From assembly GCF_009914755.1 (NCBI RefSeq), contig NC_060932.1: a stretch of DNA of 64,000 bases. One strand, written 5' to 3'. Positions within the stretch are counted from its first letter, which is position 1. Every line of letters starts with the position of its first letter. The stretch comes from the human T2T-CHM13v2.0 reference genome, Homo sapiens. Under the pieces are notes generated by a model. It was given only the letters and a program-made list of their open reading frames with translations, did no database searches and had not been told where the DNA came from. Below are positions 46,585-58,359 of the stretch, one piece after another. Made by a program: the position numbers and the translations under genes.

Positions 46585-46981
46585 ATTTTTTTTTTTTTTT
46601 TTTTTTTTTTGAGACAGGGTCTCTCAGTCTGTTGCCCAGGTTGGAGTGCAGTGGTGCAATCACGGCTCACTGTAGCCTTGACCTCCTGGGCTCAAGCAAT
46701 CCTCCACCTCAGCCACTCAAGTAGGTAGCACCACAGGTGTGTGCCACCACACCTGGCTAATTTTTAAAAATTTTTTTGTAGAGATGGGGTTTCCCTGTGT
46801 TGGTCAAGCTGGTCTCCAACTCCTGGGCTCAAGTGATGCTCACACCTCGACCTCCTGTAGCTACTTGGGAGGCAAGGCAGGAAGACTGCTTGAGCCTGGG
46901 AGGCAGGGGTTGCAGTGAGCTGAGATCGTACCACTGCACTCCAACCTGGGTGAGAGAGTGAGACTCTGTCTAAAAAAAAAA
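46585..46981. mobile_element. Fused inverted Alu pair (minus AluJ joined to a plus-strand right arm)
   Basis: Reverse Alu to about 46854, then AGCTACTTGGGAGG...GAGACTCTGTCT plus A tail on the plus strand. Confidence 0.85.
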
Positions 46982-47106
46982 TTTATATATATATGTATAT
47001 AATCTGATATATATATATAAAATATATATATATATCACATACTTTTCAAAAACATACAGAACCAGGTCCTTAAAGAGACAGTCCTTCTATCATGTAATTC
47101 CTGTGA

Positions 47107-47574
<468 letters not shown>

Positions 47575-48051
47575 TAGCCCCCTGGAGCCAGATCCTTACT
47601 GGGGTATGATTAGGGCTGAATGGAATTGGGACAACCGGATGGCCAGCCTGCTTTGTGTTCACTGGAGGTGGGGGAGTGCCGACCCACTGGTGTGGCACAG
47701 CAGAGCAAGGCTGAGGCTTATCACAAAACGTGATTATTAACCAGTAGTGCACGGAGCTGCACTGGGCATTTTCTTTGAAGAGTGACTACTTTAGTGATGT
47801 GTCTGTAGGGGAGAGGGTGAGGTGGCATAGCCTCAGTGATTTAAATCTTTTTAGTCACGTATATGATCTCTGCCTATGATGACAATTAGGATTTCTCAGA
47901 TTTTCTTCTTACTCTGATGTTTAGCACCAGGACCAAGTCGTATCTGTTGAGTCCACTTGTGATGGTGGAGGTCTGTTATCTCCATATAGAGAGTTTAATG
48001 GCCCTGTAGACACAATATAAAGCATGGCCCTTGAGCAGGAGACTTAAGGTT

Positions 48052-48346
48052 GGCTGGGCACGGTGGCTCACACCTGTAATCCCAGTACTTTGGGAGGCTG
48101 AGGCAGGTGATCACTTGAGGTCAGGGGTTTGAGACCAGCCTGGCCAACATGGTAAAACTCTGTCTCTACTAAAAATACAAAAATTAGCCGGGCATGGTGG
48201 CAGGTACCTGCAATCCCAGCTACTTGGGAGGCTGAGGCAGGAGAATCGCTTGAACCCTGGGGGTGGAGGTTGAAGTAAGTTGAGAGACGCCACTGCACTC
48301 CAGCCTGGGCAACAGAGTGAGACTCTGTCTTAAAAAAAAAAAAAAA
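48052..48346 (+). mobile_element. AluS
   Basis: Full Alu with A tail. Confidence 0.92.
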
Positions 48347-49630
48347 GAATATTCAGGCAGAGGCAGCAGGAATGTGTATGTTTCTCTTGTTGGATTCATC
48401 GTCTTCTCTCCCAGCTAAGGAGCTGCATGGGAGTAATTGTGCTGGTTTCTGTTAGATGGATACCTGCATGTTCTCAGATGGAGCAGAGATCAGACCCTCT
48501 TCTCACTAATACGTCATCCAAATTGCTAGCAGTTTCAGCAGTGGTCCAGAAAATGGTCAAATCTCTGTTTGATGAGTAAGGTCAAGGAGTTTCCCCTTGG
48601 AGTTACAGGGGATCATCTCAAGACCAGGAGCCTCTGCACAGGAGACACAAGCATCCCGTGAACATGGAGGACAACACATGGCTTCAAATCATGCTTCGCC
48701 ATGTATGCAGAATCTCTCTAAGATTTCTGTTTCAAATTCGCAGATCACCACGCTAGTCCCTAAGGGCATAGCTACTTCTGGTTAGTGAGAGTGAAGGAGG
48801 TAGAGGTCAAAAGCATAGATTGCTTCCAGAACTGCAGTCCCTAAACAGAATATTCAAATAGGGCTAAGGAGCCTCATTCTAAAGTCAGAAAGTGACTGTA
48901 ATTTACCTGGTAATTAGATATGCTCAGAAGTAACTTCTGACTTTTCCCATCAATTTCTAGGCTCCCTTAACACCTGTAATATAGCTGGACAAAGGAAGAA
49001 AGTCGTGCTGCCCTTGGTGGAAGTTTGGACCCATCCCCAGAGAACTGTATACGCTTCCTGCTTTCAAATAATATGTGTAATCCTATGGGGTCTGACTGGC
49101 AGACTTACTTTTTTTTCTGATTCAAAATGCCATTCCTGTATATTATTAAAATTTGGAAAGTACATAAAGATATAAAGAAATTTTAAAGCACCACACGATC
49201 CCACTACTAAGAGTTAGGGTCTAAAATAGTGTGGTCTGTCCTCCTGAGCTTTTTTCTAGGTGTAAATGAGCTAGCATCAGCTGCACTCAGAGCCCATAAA
49301 CCCAGGTTCACTTTCAAAGTCGTGTTCAGGAACTTCTCCTTGCATTCTACCTGATGGGGATCAGATCTTTTCGACCTACCAGTTATACACACACACACAT
49401 AAATACACACACTCAGAAGTTCTTGGTGTTAGATTAAAAAAAAAAAGACCCTGATGGCTAGAAGAATTGACATACCACAAAAATGTACGATGCACTTTTA
49501 TGGGGTACACAGAGGTGAAGTTTGTCTTATAAATAGATGGTGGATCCAAGGATTAATTTACAGAAAAAAAGCTTTGGAAACTTTTAATAAATATACAGCA
49601 ATGTCAAAACATTACACTTTATACAACTTT

Positions 49631-49763
49631 TATTTTTTTTTTTAATAGAGACAAGGTCTCACTATGTTGCCCAGGCTGGTCTCAAACTCCTGATCTCAAG
49701 TGATCCTCCTGCCTCGGACCTCCAAAGTGCTAGGATTGCAGGCGTGAGCCACCACACCCAGCC
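49631..49763 (-). mobile_element. Alu monomer (FLAM/left arm)
   Basis: GTCTCACTATGTTGCCCAGGCTGG...CACCCAGCC. Confidence 0.85.
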
Positions 49764-50410
49764 AACTTTTACAACTTTTAAAGAGAGAAATTACGAAATG
49801 TAATTAAAGTTCTGAATAAATGCCCCAAGAATAATGAGATCCTGAAGTCTCTTTCACCTGAGCCTTCAAAGGCATGAAGCACAATGACAAAAGTAGGGAT
49901 GAACATATGAGGAAAAAAGAAAAAAAAAATAAGTTGTGCCTCTATAAAAGCCACCCACCAAACACAGGACAAACATGAAAGTAGATGATGACAGACTAAC
50001 ACTTCAGTACAAAAAGAGATGCTTTATAGGACCTTAAACTATCTCCACTCAATATTTTTCATGAGGATGCTGTACTTATTACCGATACATCTGACTTTGT
50101 TACTTCTTTGCATTTCTGCTGCATTTCAATCTGAGAAAGTCATAAATTCTTGAAGCTCTTAGTATTTTTTCTCTCCCTTCTGGGAAGGTTAGAAAGATGA
50201 CAATGATAAATGCATAAATAACCAGCAGGGAGGGAAGGTGCATCATTACATTTAGAAACACCTGACTGTCCTAGCTTTTTATTATTTTAAGAAAGAGGAA
50301 GGTTATTAAAGGATATTTTAGAACTACAGAAAAATCAATAATAATAAAAACTAGTATCTGTATGTGATGTTAGAGTTCACAAGCACTATCATCAATTTCC
50401 ATTTAATTCT

Positions 50411-50776
50411 TGTATTAGTCCGTTCTCACACTGCTATAAAGAGTATTACCCAAGAGTGGGAAATTATGAAGGAAAGAGGTTTCATTGACTCACAGCTCTG
50501 CAGGCGTTAACGGGAAGCATGGCTAAGAGGTCTCAGGAAACTTAAAACCACGGCGGAAGGCAAAAGGGAAGCAGGCACCTTTCACCCGATGGTTTTAAAG
50601 CCATCAGCTCTCATGAGAACTAACTCACTATTATGAGAACAGCATGGGGAAACCACCCCCAAGATCCATGAACCACCCCCAGGATCCAATCACCTCCTAC
50701 CTGGTCCCTCCACTGACATGTGGAGATTACAGTTTGAGATGAGATTGCGTTGGGGACTCGGTCCCAAACCATATCA
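50411..50776 (-). mobile_element. MSTA/THE1D-type MaLR solo LTR
   Basis: TGTATTAGTCCGTTCTCACACTGCTATAAAG...CAAACCATATCA with 5-bp TSD ATTCT (50406-50410 and 50777-50781). Confidence 0.92.
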
Positions 50777-50904
50777 ATTCTTAAGCAATTTTGTGACACA
50801 GATTTTTTTTATTATCCCCACTTTATAATTTACTAAACTCATTGAAGTACATAAAGACATCATACAGCCATCGGGGGATAACTCAGTAGGCTTCTTGGTC
50901 TAAT

Positions 50905-51110
50905 TCTGTGATCCTCAACCAGGAGTGATCTCTCCACCTCTAGCAGACATCGGCAGTGTCTGGAGACATTTTTGGTTGTTACCACTAGGTAGTGCTATTG
51001 GCATCTAGTGGGTGAGACCAGGGATACTGCTAAACAATGCACACGACAGCCCGTCACAACAAAGGCTCATCCAGTCGGAGTGTCAGTAGTGTTGAGATTC
51101 AGAAACACTG
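50905..51110. mobile_element. MER20 (hAT-Charlie MITE)
   Basis: GGCAGTGTCTGGAGACATTTTTGGTTGT...TGGCATCTAGTGGGTGAGACCAGGGATACTGCTAAACA...GAAACACTG. Confidence 0.85.
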
Positions 51111-52511
51111 GTATGTTCTACACTTTCATTAGGGTCCTGATGAAACTCTTAAAACTTGGTGTGGCGGTTTGTCTAAACAGCATCCTTTCTCTCATTGTTC
51201 TTGCTGTCAGAACCTCATTTTATTCAGGGAAGGGCACCCTAATCTCAGTTTAGGAGTAAATATTGGTTAGACTAGATTAATCATGGTAATCCCATTTCCT
51301 GTCAGCAGTTGATTATCAGGGATGGGCATGTGACCTGGTTCTGACCAATAAGACACGAAGGGGGATCTGCTAGAGGGATGGGTTCTGGGACGTATGTTTA
51401 TACTTTTTTTTTTTTTTTGAGATGTTGAAATTATTTTTAGGAAGGCTAAGAACTAAAATCATTTATATATGTATGATGAGACAACAAGGGATGCCAAAAC
51501 AATTTAGAAAGAATATACTTACTAAAATTGCTAGCAAAGGCAAAAAATAAATTAAAAAGTAAACCCAAAACAAATTTTAGAGATACCAAGCCTTATAGAA
51601 CTTCTAGAATTGATACATTTTAAATTTATGGACCATTTCCTTGAATTGAAATTAACAGCAGAGACTTTCCAATCTAGGCAAAAAAAATCTGCTTTTCTTC
51701 CTCCAGAATCAGAGAAATCAATGAAGTGAAACATGAAAGATTCATGTGAGGTGCCCTCTACTGAAAGCATAAATTTTGATGCAATCAGAGAAAAACATTA
51801 TGAGAGAGGATGATCATTAAGTTAATATCTTCCAATTACCTACACTTGTCCCTCAGGGTAAGTCACTGAGTTATGAATGGTGTTTGTTCAACTACAATAG
51901 TCCTTCCTAACCACATAAGATTCTTAAATCCCCTTCTATCAGAGAATAACTCTTGTAGTAAATTAGGATTCCTAAAGGGAGTATCAAGAGCTCTCAGTAG
52001 TGTTGAGGTTAAATCACTCTTTCCAGCAATAAACACTATTTCTGAAAAGTAAAACTGAAATCGAACTTGTGTCAGTTAAGTGTCATTGCAAAGTTTTAAA
52101 CTGTGCTCAGTGTATAAAGGTTTTATTTTTCCCCAGTAGTACTGAAGTATAATTGACAAACAAAAATTGTATATATTTAAGGTGTAACATGTGATGTTTT
52201 GACACATATATGCATTGTGAAATGATTACCATAATAAAGCTAAGTAGCATATCCATCACCTCACATGGTGACCATTTCCTTTTGTAGTGAGAACACCACA
52301 CAGTGAAATGGTCACTTCTGTGGGCTGCCTTTTTGGTGATGGAAGCTCAGCTTGCAGCAGATGTGAAAGTAAAACAACTTGAGTAGGACTTGCAATTAGA
52401 GAAAAAAACTTTTCTGAGCTCTATGTTCAGAAGTCAGCTTAATTAAAAAGCTGATATTCAGGATATAGTGTTTTCTCTTTTTTTTGGAAAAAAAAGGGCC
52501 TTCTGCTTTTA

Positions 52512-52852
<341 letters not shown>

Positions 52853-53324
52853 TTTTTTTGTTTGGCGCCTTTCTTGTTGGCGTGATTTTTGCCTCTGTAA
52901 CTTGTTCTTCCATTTCCTTCCATGCCTGTTCTTCCTTCCTTTTGCCATCTTTGATATCACACGAAAAAAATCTAGGGGAGACGTCTAGAGACCCTGAGAC
53001 CCCTTAAGGAACAGAGAAAAATGTGCCATCCGTCCCCTTTAAGGAGTCTTCTGCCTTCCTTGCGGAGTTCCAAGAATCATTGGAAGGTTTGCCTTCAGTC
53101 TAAAGTTCTGCTCTCTCTTGAATTGAGTTCCCTGAACTCTTTGGCTTTTGGGAGTAGTACCAGGAATTGCTTTGGACTCAGAGAACATGACCTTTGAGTG
53201 TGTGATGGCTGATAAGTCACTGGTGACGGCTGCAGTTTTGGAAGTAGCTCATAGCATTTACAATGAGTGGTTATTACAGCTGGGGGCTACTCGTTTCTTT
53301 GTGCATTTAGGTAAGAAAAGCATG

Positions 53325-54218
53325 ATCTGCAAGCAAAAAACAAACAGCCACATTAAAAGATGGGAAAAGGATATGAACAGACACTTTTCAAAAGAAGACA
53401 TACACATGGCCAACAAGTATATGAAAAAATGCTCAACATCACTAATCAGAGAAGTACAAATTAAAACCACAATGAGATACCATCCCCCACCAGTCAGAAT
53501 GGCTAATATTAAAATGTCAAAAAGTAAGAGATGCTGGTGAGGTTGTGGAGAAAAGGTAACACTTATCAGGTTGTGGAGAAAAGGTAGCACTGATTCACTG
53601 CTGGTGGGAATGTAAGTTAGTTCAGTCACTGTAGAAAACAGCCTGGTGATTGCTCAAACAATTTAAAACAAAATGACCATTTGACCCAGCAATCCTATTA
53701 TTGGGTGTATACCCAAAGGAATATAAATTATTCTACCATAAAGACACATGCATGCACGTGTTCATTGCAGCACTATTCGCAATAGCAAAGATATGGAATC
53801 AACCTAGGTGCCCATCAATGATAGACTGGATTAAAAAAAATATACAAAATGGAATACTATGCAGCCATAAAAAAGAACAAGATCATGTCCTTTGCAGCAA
53901 CATGGCTAGAGCTGGAGGCCATTGTCCTAAGCAAACTAACACAGGAACAGAAAACATAATACCACATGTTCTCACTTATAAGTTGGCACTAAACATTGAG
54001 TACACATGGACACATAAAAGGGAACAACAGACACCGGGATCTACTTAAGGGTAAAGGGTGGGAGGATGGTAAGGATTGAAAAACTACCTCTCAAGTACTA
54101 TGCTTATTACCTGGGTGATGAACTAACCTGTACACCAAACCCCTGTGACGTGTAGTTTACCTATCTAACAAACCTGAACATACACCCAAAACATAAAAGT
54201 TAAAAAATAATAAAAAAA
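53325..54218 (+). mobile_element. 5'-truncated L1PA15/16-type element
   Basis: ORF2 C-terminus ([26 protein letters not shown]); 3'UTR GTACTATGCTTATTACCTGGGTGATGAA...CTGTACACCAAACCCCTGTGAC; A-rich end at 54202-54218. Confidence 0.9.
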
Positions 54219-54414
54219 CTAAACCACTGTACGGGATTGATTAATTAAGTAATATGTAGGTATCAGGCATACGTGATCAATCCCTTCATTTGTTTATATT
54301 GGAGGAAGGATGGGATCCAGCCCCATTCACCTAGGAGAACCGCAGAGGTAGCAACACTCAGGACCTTGATATTGGATCTCCTGGAAGTCCATTTGTAGTG
54401 AGGGTCTTCCCTTC

Positions 54415-54896
54415 AGGGTAAATATAATTTTTAGCTCTGAAGAAGGTTTAAGTTTTATATATAGTCTAGGCCATAGGTGCTGGAGACCATAACTAGTAAG
54501 GCTAAGCCTATGGTGGCTTTGCAGGCTGCGAAGGATAATGGGTAATATGGATGCTAAAATGAAATGTAAATTCAAGGTTATAAGGATGCTCATGATGAAT
54601 ACTGACAGCATTATGCCTTCTAGACATAGAAATGAGACATTAGATGAGATCGGTAAATTATTATTCCTGCTAGAGATGTAATGAAGGCCAAGGTGACATT
54701 AATATAGATAGAAGGCATTTAGTAATTATGAGTAATCATAATTTAATGAGTCAAAATCATTTGTTTTGGTTTAAACTCATTACCAATTCAACTCATTCTA
54801 GTCCATTTTGGATTCATTCATGGGCTAATCCTAGGGCTAAGACAGTAATTAAAATGAGTACTATAATAAGTACTAATTTTAGGCTGTTCATTCGGA
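54415..54896 (-). pseudogene. NUMT: 3' part of MT-ND3, tRNA-Arg, ND4L and first codons of ND4 (MTND4L pseudogene)
   Basis: Minus strand, in mitochondrial gene order: ND3 end HEWIQNGLEWVE (mito code), tRNA-Arg at 54719-54785, ND4L at 54431-54718 (MPSIYINVTLAF...YRSHLM...CLEGMMLS...[16 protein letters not shown]...NLNLLQ) with frameshifts and a stop. Confidence 0.95.
54719..54785 (-). pseudogene. Mitochondrial tRNA-Arg pseudogene within the NUMT
   Basis: TGGTAATGAGTTTAAACCAAAACAAATGATTTTGACTCATTAAATTATGAT... resembles MT-TR. The anticodon TCG has decayed to TTG. Confidence 0.9.
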
Positions 54897-55928
54897 AGGG
54901 AAGAGAAGACCCTCACTGCAATCAGGCATCCAGGACAGTGATCATATGGTCCCACACTACCTCTTCCTCCTCCCTGGGTCCTGCATTTAACTTCCTAATC
55001 TCTGCTGGTAGCAATATTAACTGAGTATTCAAGACTCTCAGGGCCCCTCTCAAAAAAAAAAGAAAAAAGAAAAGGAAGAAAAGCATGGTTTGGTCACCTG
55101 CAGGCTATAGAAATGCTTGCCAATGAGGGATAAGACTCCCAGAGGGGATGGGCTGACCAGCGTGGGCTGACTGGCATTGGGTTGGCCAGCAGCCTCAGGG
55201 GGCTATTCTGACAGTGGAGTACACTGTGGAAGCATCGCACTGGCTAGTCCCATGGTGCTTCCCTCTTTTTGGGGACCTAGGATTCAGTGTGAAAATGGGA
55301 TTCTTGATTTCGGGGTATCTAAGTGCTCTACCTTCCAGCCGTGGCTGTTTTTCACACACATATGAAGCCCTGGAAGCTGCAAATGCTTTCCTTGCCCTTT
55401 TCATCAAAGGACTCCACCTTGAAGTCAGTAATCTCATGAATAAACAAGCTAAGTGGAAAAGACCACATATCAAGCTCAATCAGTTTCCAAAATACAACTT
55501 TCTGACATTTAGTTGGCCATTTTGAAACTCTTTGTAAATAAAATTTATGTCTATAAAAGAAATCCCAATTTGTAAGCGCATCTCTCTCTCTGCTCCTAAA
55601 CCATTAGAAATTGTAGGATGAAGACATTGACTTAATATTTACATAACAAACCTTATCTTTGTGTAAGATATTTTTCCTGGCAAGCTTGTCTTGACTGGGC
55701 CTTTACCTGTGTCCTTCTTTGCCTCAGCAAATAATGGTTTTAAACCTAAGTTCTGTGCCTTTGAGATACAAACTTTAATCTGCGAGTCATGTCTATGGAA
55801 GTACAAATTTAGGGTTACCTAGCTAACAATTATTTTGGGGAACTGAACGGGCAATCAAGAGATTGATCGTCTAAAGCGCGAAGGGAAACTATTTGAAAAC
55901 TGTCAAATGAAGACCCTTATAAAGCTAT

Positions 55929-56642
55929 TGTGTCCGGAATTTATTCCTTCTGGTAGGTTCTTGGTCTCACTGACTTCAAGAATGAAGCTGCGGACCTTTG
56001 CGGTGAGTGTTACAGCTATTAAAGATGGTGTGTCTGGAGTTTGTTCCTCCAGATGTTCCGATGTGGCCTCTGGAGTTTCTTCCTTCCAGTGGGTTCATGG
56101 TCTCGCTGACTTCAGGAGTGAAGCTGTAGACCTTCGCAGTGAGCGTTACAGCTATTAAAGGTGGTGCGTCCGGAGTTGTTTGTCCCTCCTGGTGGGTTCG
56201 TGGTCTCGCTGACTTCAGGAATGAAGCGGCAGACCCTGGCGGTGAGTGTTACAGCTTACAAAGGTAGTGAGGACCCAAAGAGTGAGGAGCAGCAAGATTT
56301 ATTGTGAAGAGTGAAAGAACAAAGCTTCCACAGCGTGGAAGGGGACCCCAGCAGGTTGCCACTGCTGGCTTGGGTGACCGGCTGTTATTCCCTTATTTGG
56401 TCCCACACACGTCCTGCTGATTGGTCCATTTTAGAGGCGCTGATTGGTCCATTTTATAGAGTACTGATTGGTCGATTTTACAGAGTACTGATTGGTGCGT
56501 TTACAATCCTTTAGCTAGACACAGAGCGAGATTGGTGTGCTTTTACAGAGTGCTGATTGGTGCATTTACAATCCTTTAGCTAGACACAAAAGTTCTCCAA
56601 GTCCTCACTCCACCCAGGATGTCCAGCTGGCTCCAGCTCTCA
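55929..56642 (-). mobile_element. LTR12 (ERV9) solo LTR
   Basis: TGTGTCCGGAAT...CTCTCA termini, six ATTGG (CCAAT) boxes at 56417-56560, repeated GGTCTCGCTGACTTCAGGA units, 4-bp TSD CTAT (55925-55928 and 56643-56646). Confidence 0.95.
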
Positions 56643-57246
56643 CTATAAGATCTGCTTCTGTCATATGTCTGTATGTTTATACGCTTGTATGTATGTACAT
56701 TTCACTACCCAAATATATGAAAGAGCTCTAATTAATTGGCTTAAAGAAAAAGTAAATGCTGAAATAAAATATGTCAGGAAAATAGAAATGACCTCAGATG
56801 CCTTTTATGTCATGTGTCTTTAGTAATTTTGGGCAAATAAAACTAGTTTTTACGTTGTTGGTAAAATAAAATAGAAATGTGTTCAGAATCATCAGAGTTA
56901 AATATAACTGAGGCATTTTCACCTAGATCTACTGGTAAGATAAGTTTAGGCTATCTCTCCTAGATTTTTAAGGTCACAAATGTTGCTTCTGTGACATTTT
57001 TGATACTTCTTTGACTTTTCTGTGAGCTTATGTTATGTCTTGGAGCTATTAGATTTCAGGCTCTAAACAAATGGCCACAGTGAGGCCTGGGGACATTTGT
57101 GGAGTTCTCACTGGCCCAGTTGTGCCTCCTGGCTATGCTGGGAAGGGACAGACATTATCCTCACAGCTCTGTCCTCCATTGTGAGCTCTATAATTGGTGT
57201 GTACATTTAAGACCCAAATGGGCCCTACCCTTTATAGCCGTCCTTG

Positions 57247-57840
57247 TGATATAGGAGTTAAGAAGAAATTACTTAGGCAGATAGTAAGGGTATGGGAGTC
57301 CTAGGTAAGGATTTCCTTTTTAGTGAAAAGCAGCCCCAAATCGTTTTCTAACAAAGAACAGCCTGCAGGCTGGGAGCTTGCACAGGTGAATGCTGGCAGG
57401 AAATATGGGCTAGACACGTTAAAGATGGTGGCTCCATCTTCCCTTCTCTGCCAGTCACCTGTACTGTAAAGGAGCAGACAAGATGGTGCCAATCAACTGG
57501 AAAGTCCACTTGCATAAGAAAATTAGGGTGGGGCAACCAGCCTTCCGCACGCACTATGTAGACGTCATACCTGATCTAACCAATTTGTGAGCCCTTTGTA
57601 AATCAGACACCACTTTCTCCTGCCTGCCTATAAAATTGGCTGCAGTCCGCTGCCTCCTTGACTTTTTGGATGTCTTTCTCTCTCTCTCTCTCTCTCTCGC
57701 AAAGAGCTGCTCTCCCATATCCTTTTTCTGTCTATTAAACTTTCCACTCCTTAACTCACCCACATGTATCTGTGTCCTGAATTCTTTCTCCACACACAAC
57801 GAACGCCAGGGTATATACCCCAGAGAGTATACAGCCTTCA
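57247..57840 (+). mobile_element. LTR9/MER61-group ERV1 solo LTR
   Basis: TGATATAGGAGTTAAGAAGAAATTACTTAGGCAGATAG...GCCTTCA, TATAAAA at 57629, ATTAAA at about 57734, 4-bp TSD CTTG (57243-57246 and 57841-57844). Confidence 0.9.
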
Positions 57841-58359
57841 CTTGGGTGTACATGGGTACTTGGGACCCAGGATGAGTAGGGAAGTCAGTAAGGAGTGTGT
57901 CATAGTTTCAAAATTCTTTTCAGTAACTTAAAATCTTAAAATCATGTTATGTTAAACTAAGTAATAGATAATCATGAAATATCTGAACCATTTAAGTAAC
58001 TTTAAAAACTGAAACATTACTTATTAAACATAAGTTTAAGTTTATAAACTTTGGCATTTTATTTTTAATATGATACAGAAAACAAAATATATTTCAATCT
58101 GTTAATATACAAAAAATTGAGGAAACATCTTTCTAAAAATTTTGATTTTTATCTACGAATACAGATATAGACAGTTCAAAATTACTTCCCATGTTTTTCA
58201 CTGGAAATTAGTATTTCTAAGAGTTAAAATGGTAGTCAATATACATAATTAAAACTAATAGCCATAAGAGAATCAATTCTACATACAAAGTGTATAAAAA
58301 AAGTAAGATGTAATTTTGGTGAAGAATGTTATAAGACAGATATGAGGATGTTGTTTTAA

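Noticed and set aside
54225-54300. AT-rich stretch with GGGATTGAT/ATCAATCCC inverted 9-mer as possible mitochondrial control-region DNA
   Set aside because: No convincing match by eye; it needs a BLAST search.
54327-54611. 94-aa hydrophobic ORF as a membrane microprotein
   Set aside because: It is the frameshifted ND4L NUMT read in the nuclear code and running into the flank, with no evidence of expression.
56410-56590. Regularly spaced CTGATTGG repeats resembling an array
   Set aside because: These are normal LTR12 U3 enhancer repeats, not CRISPR-like, and have no unique spacers.
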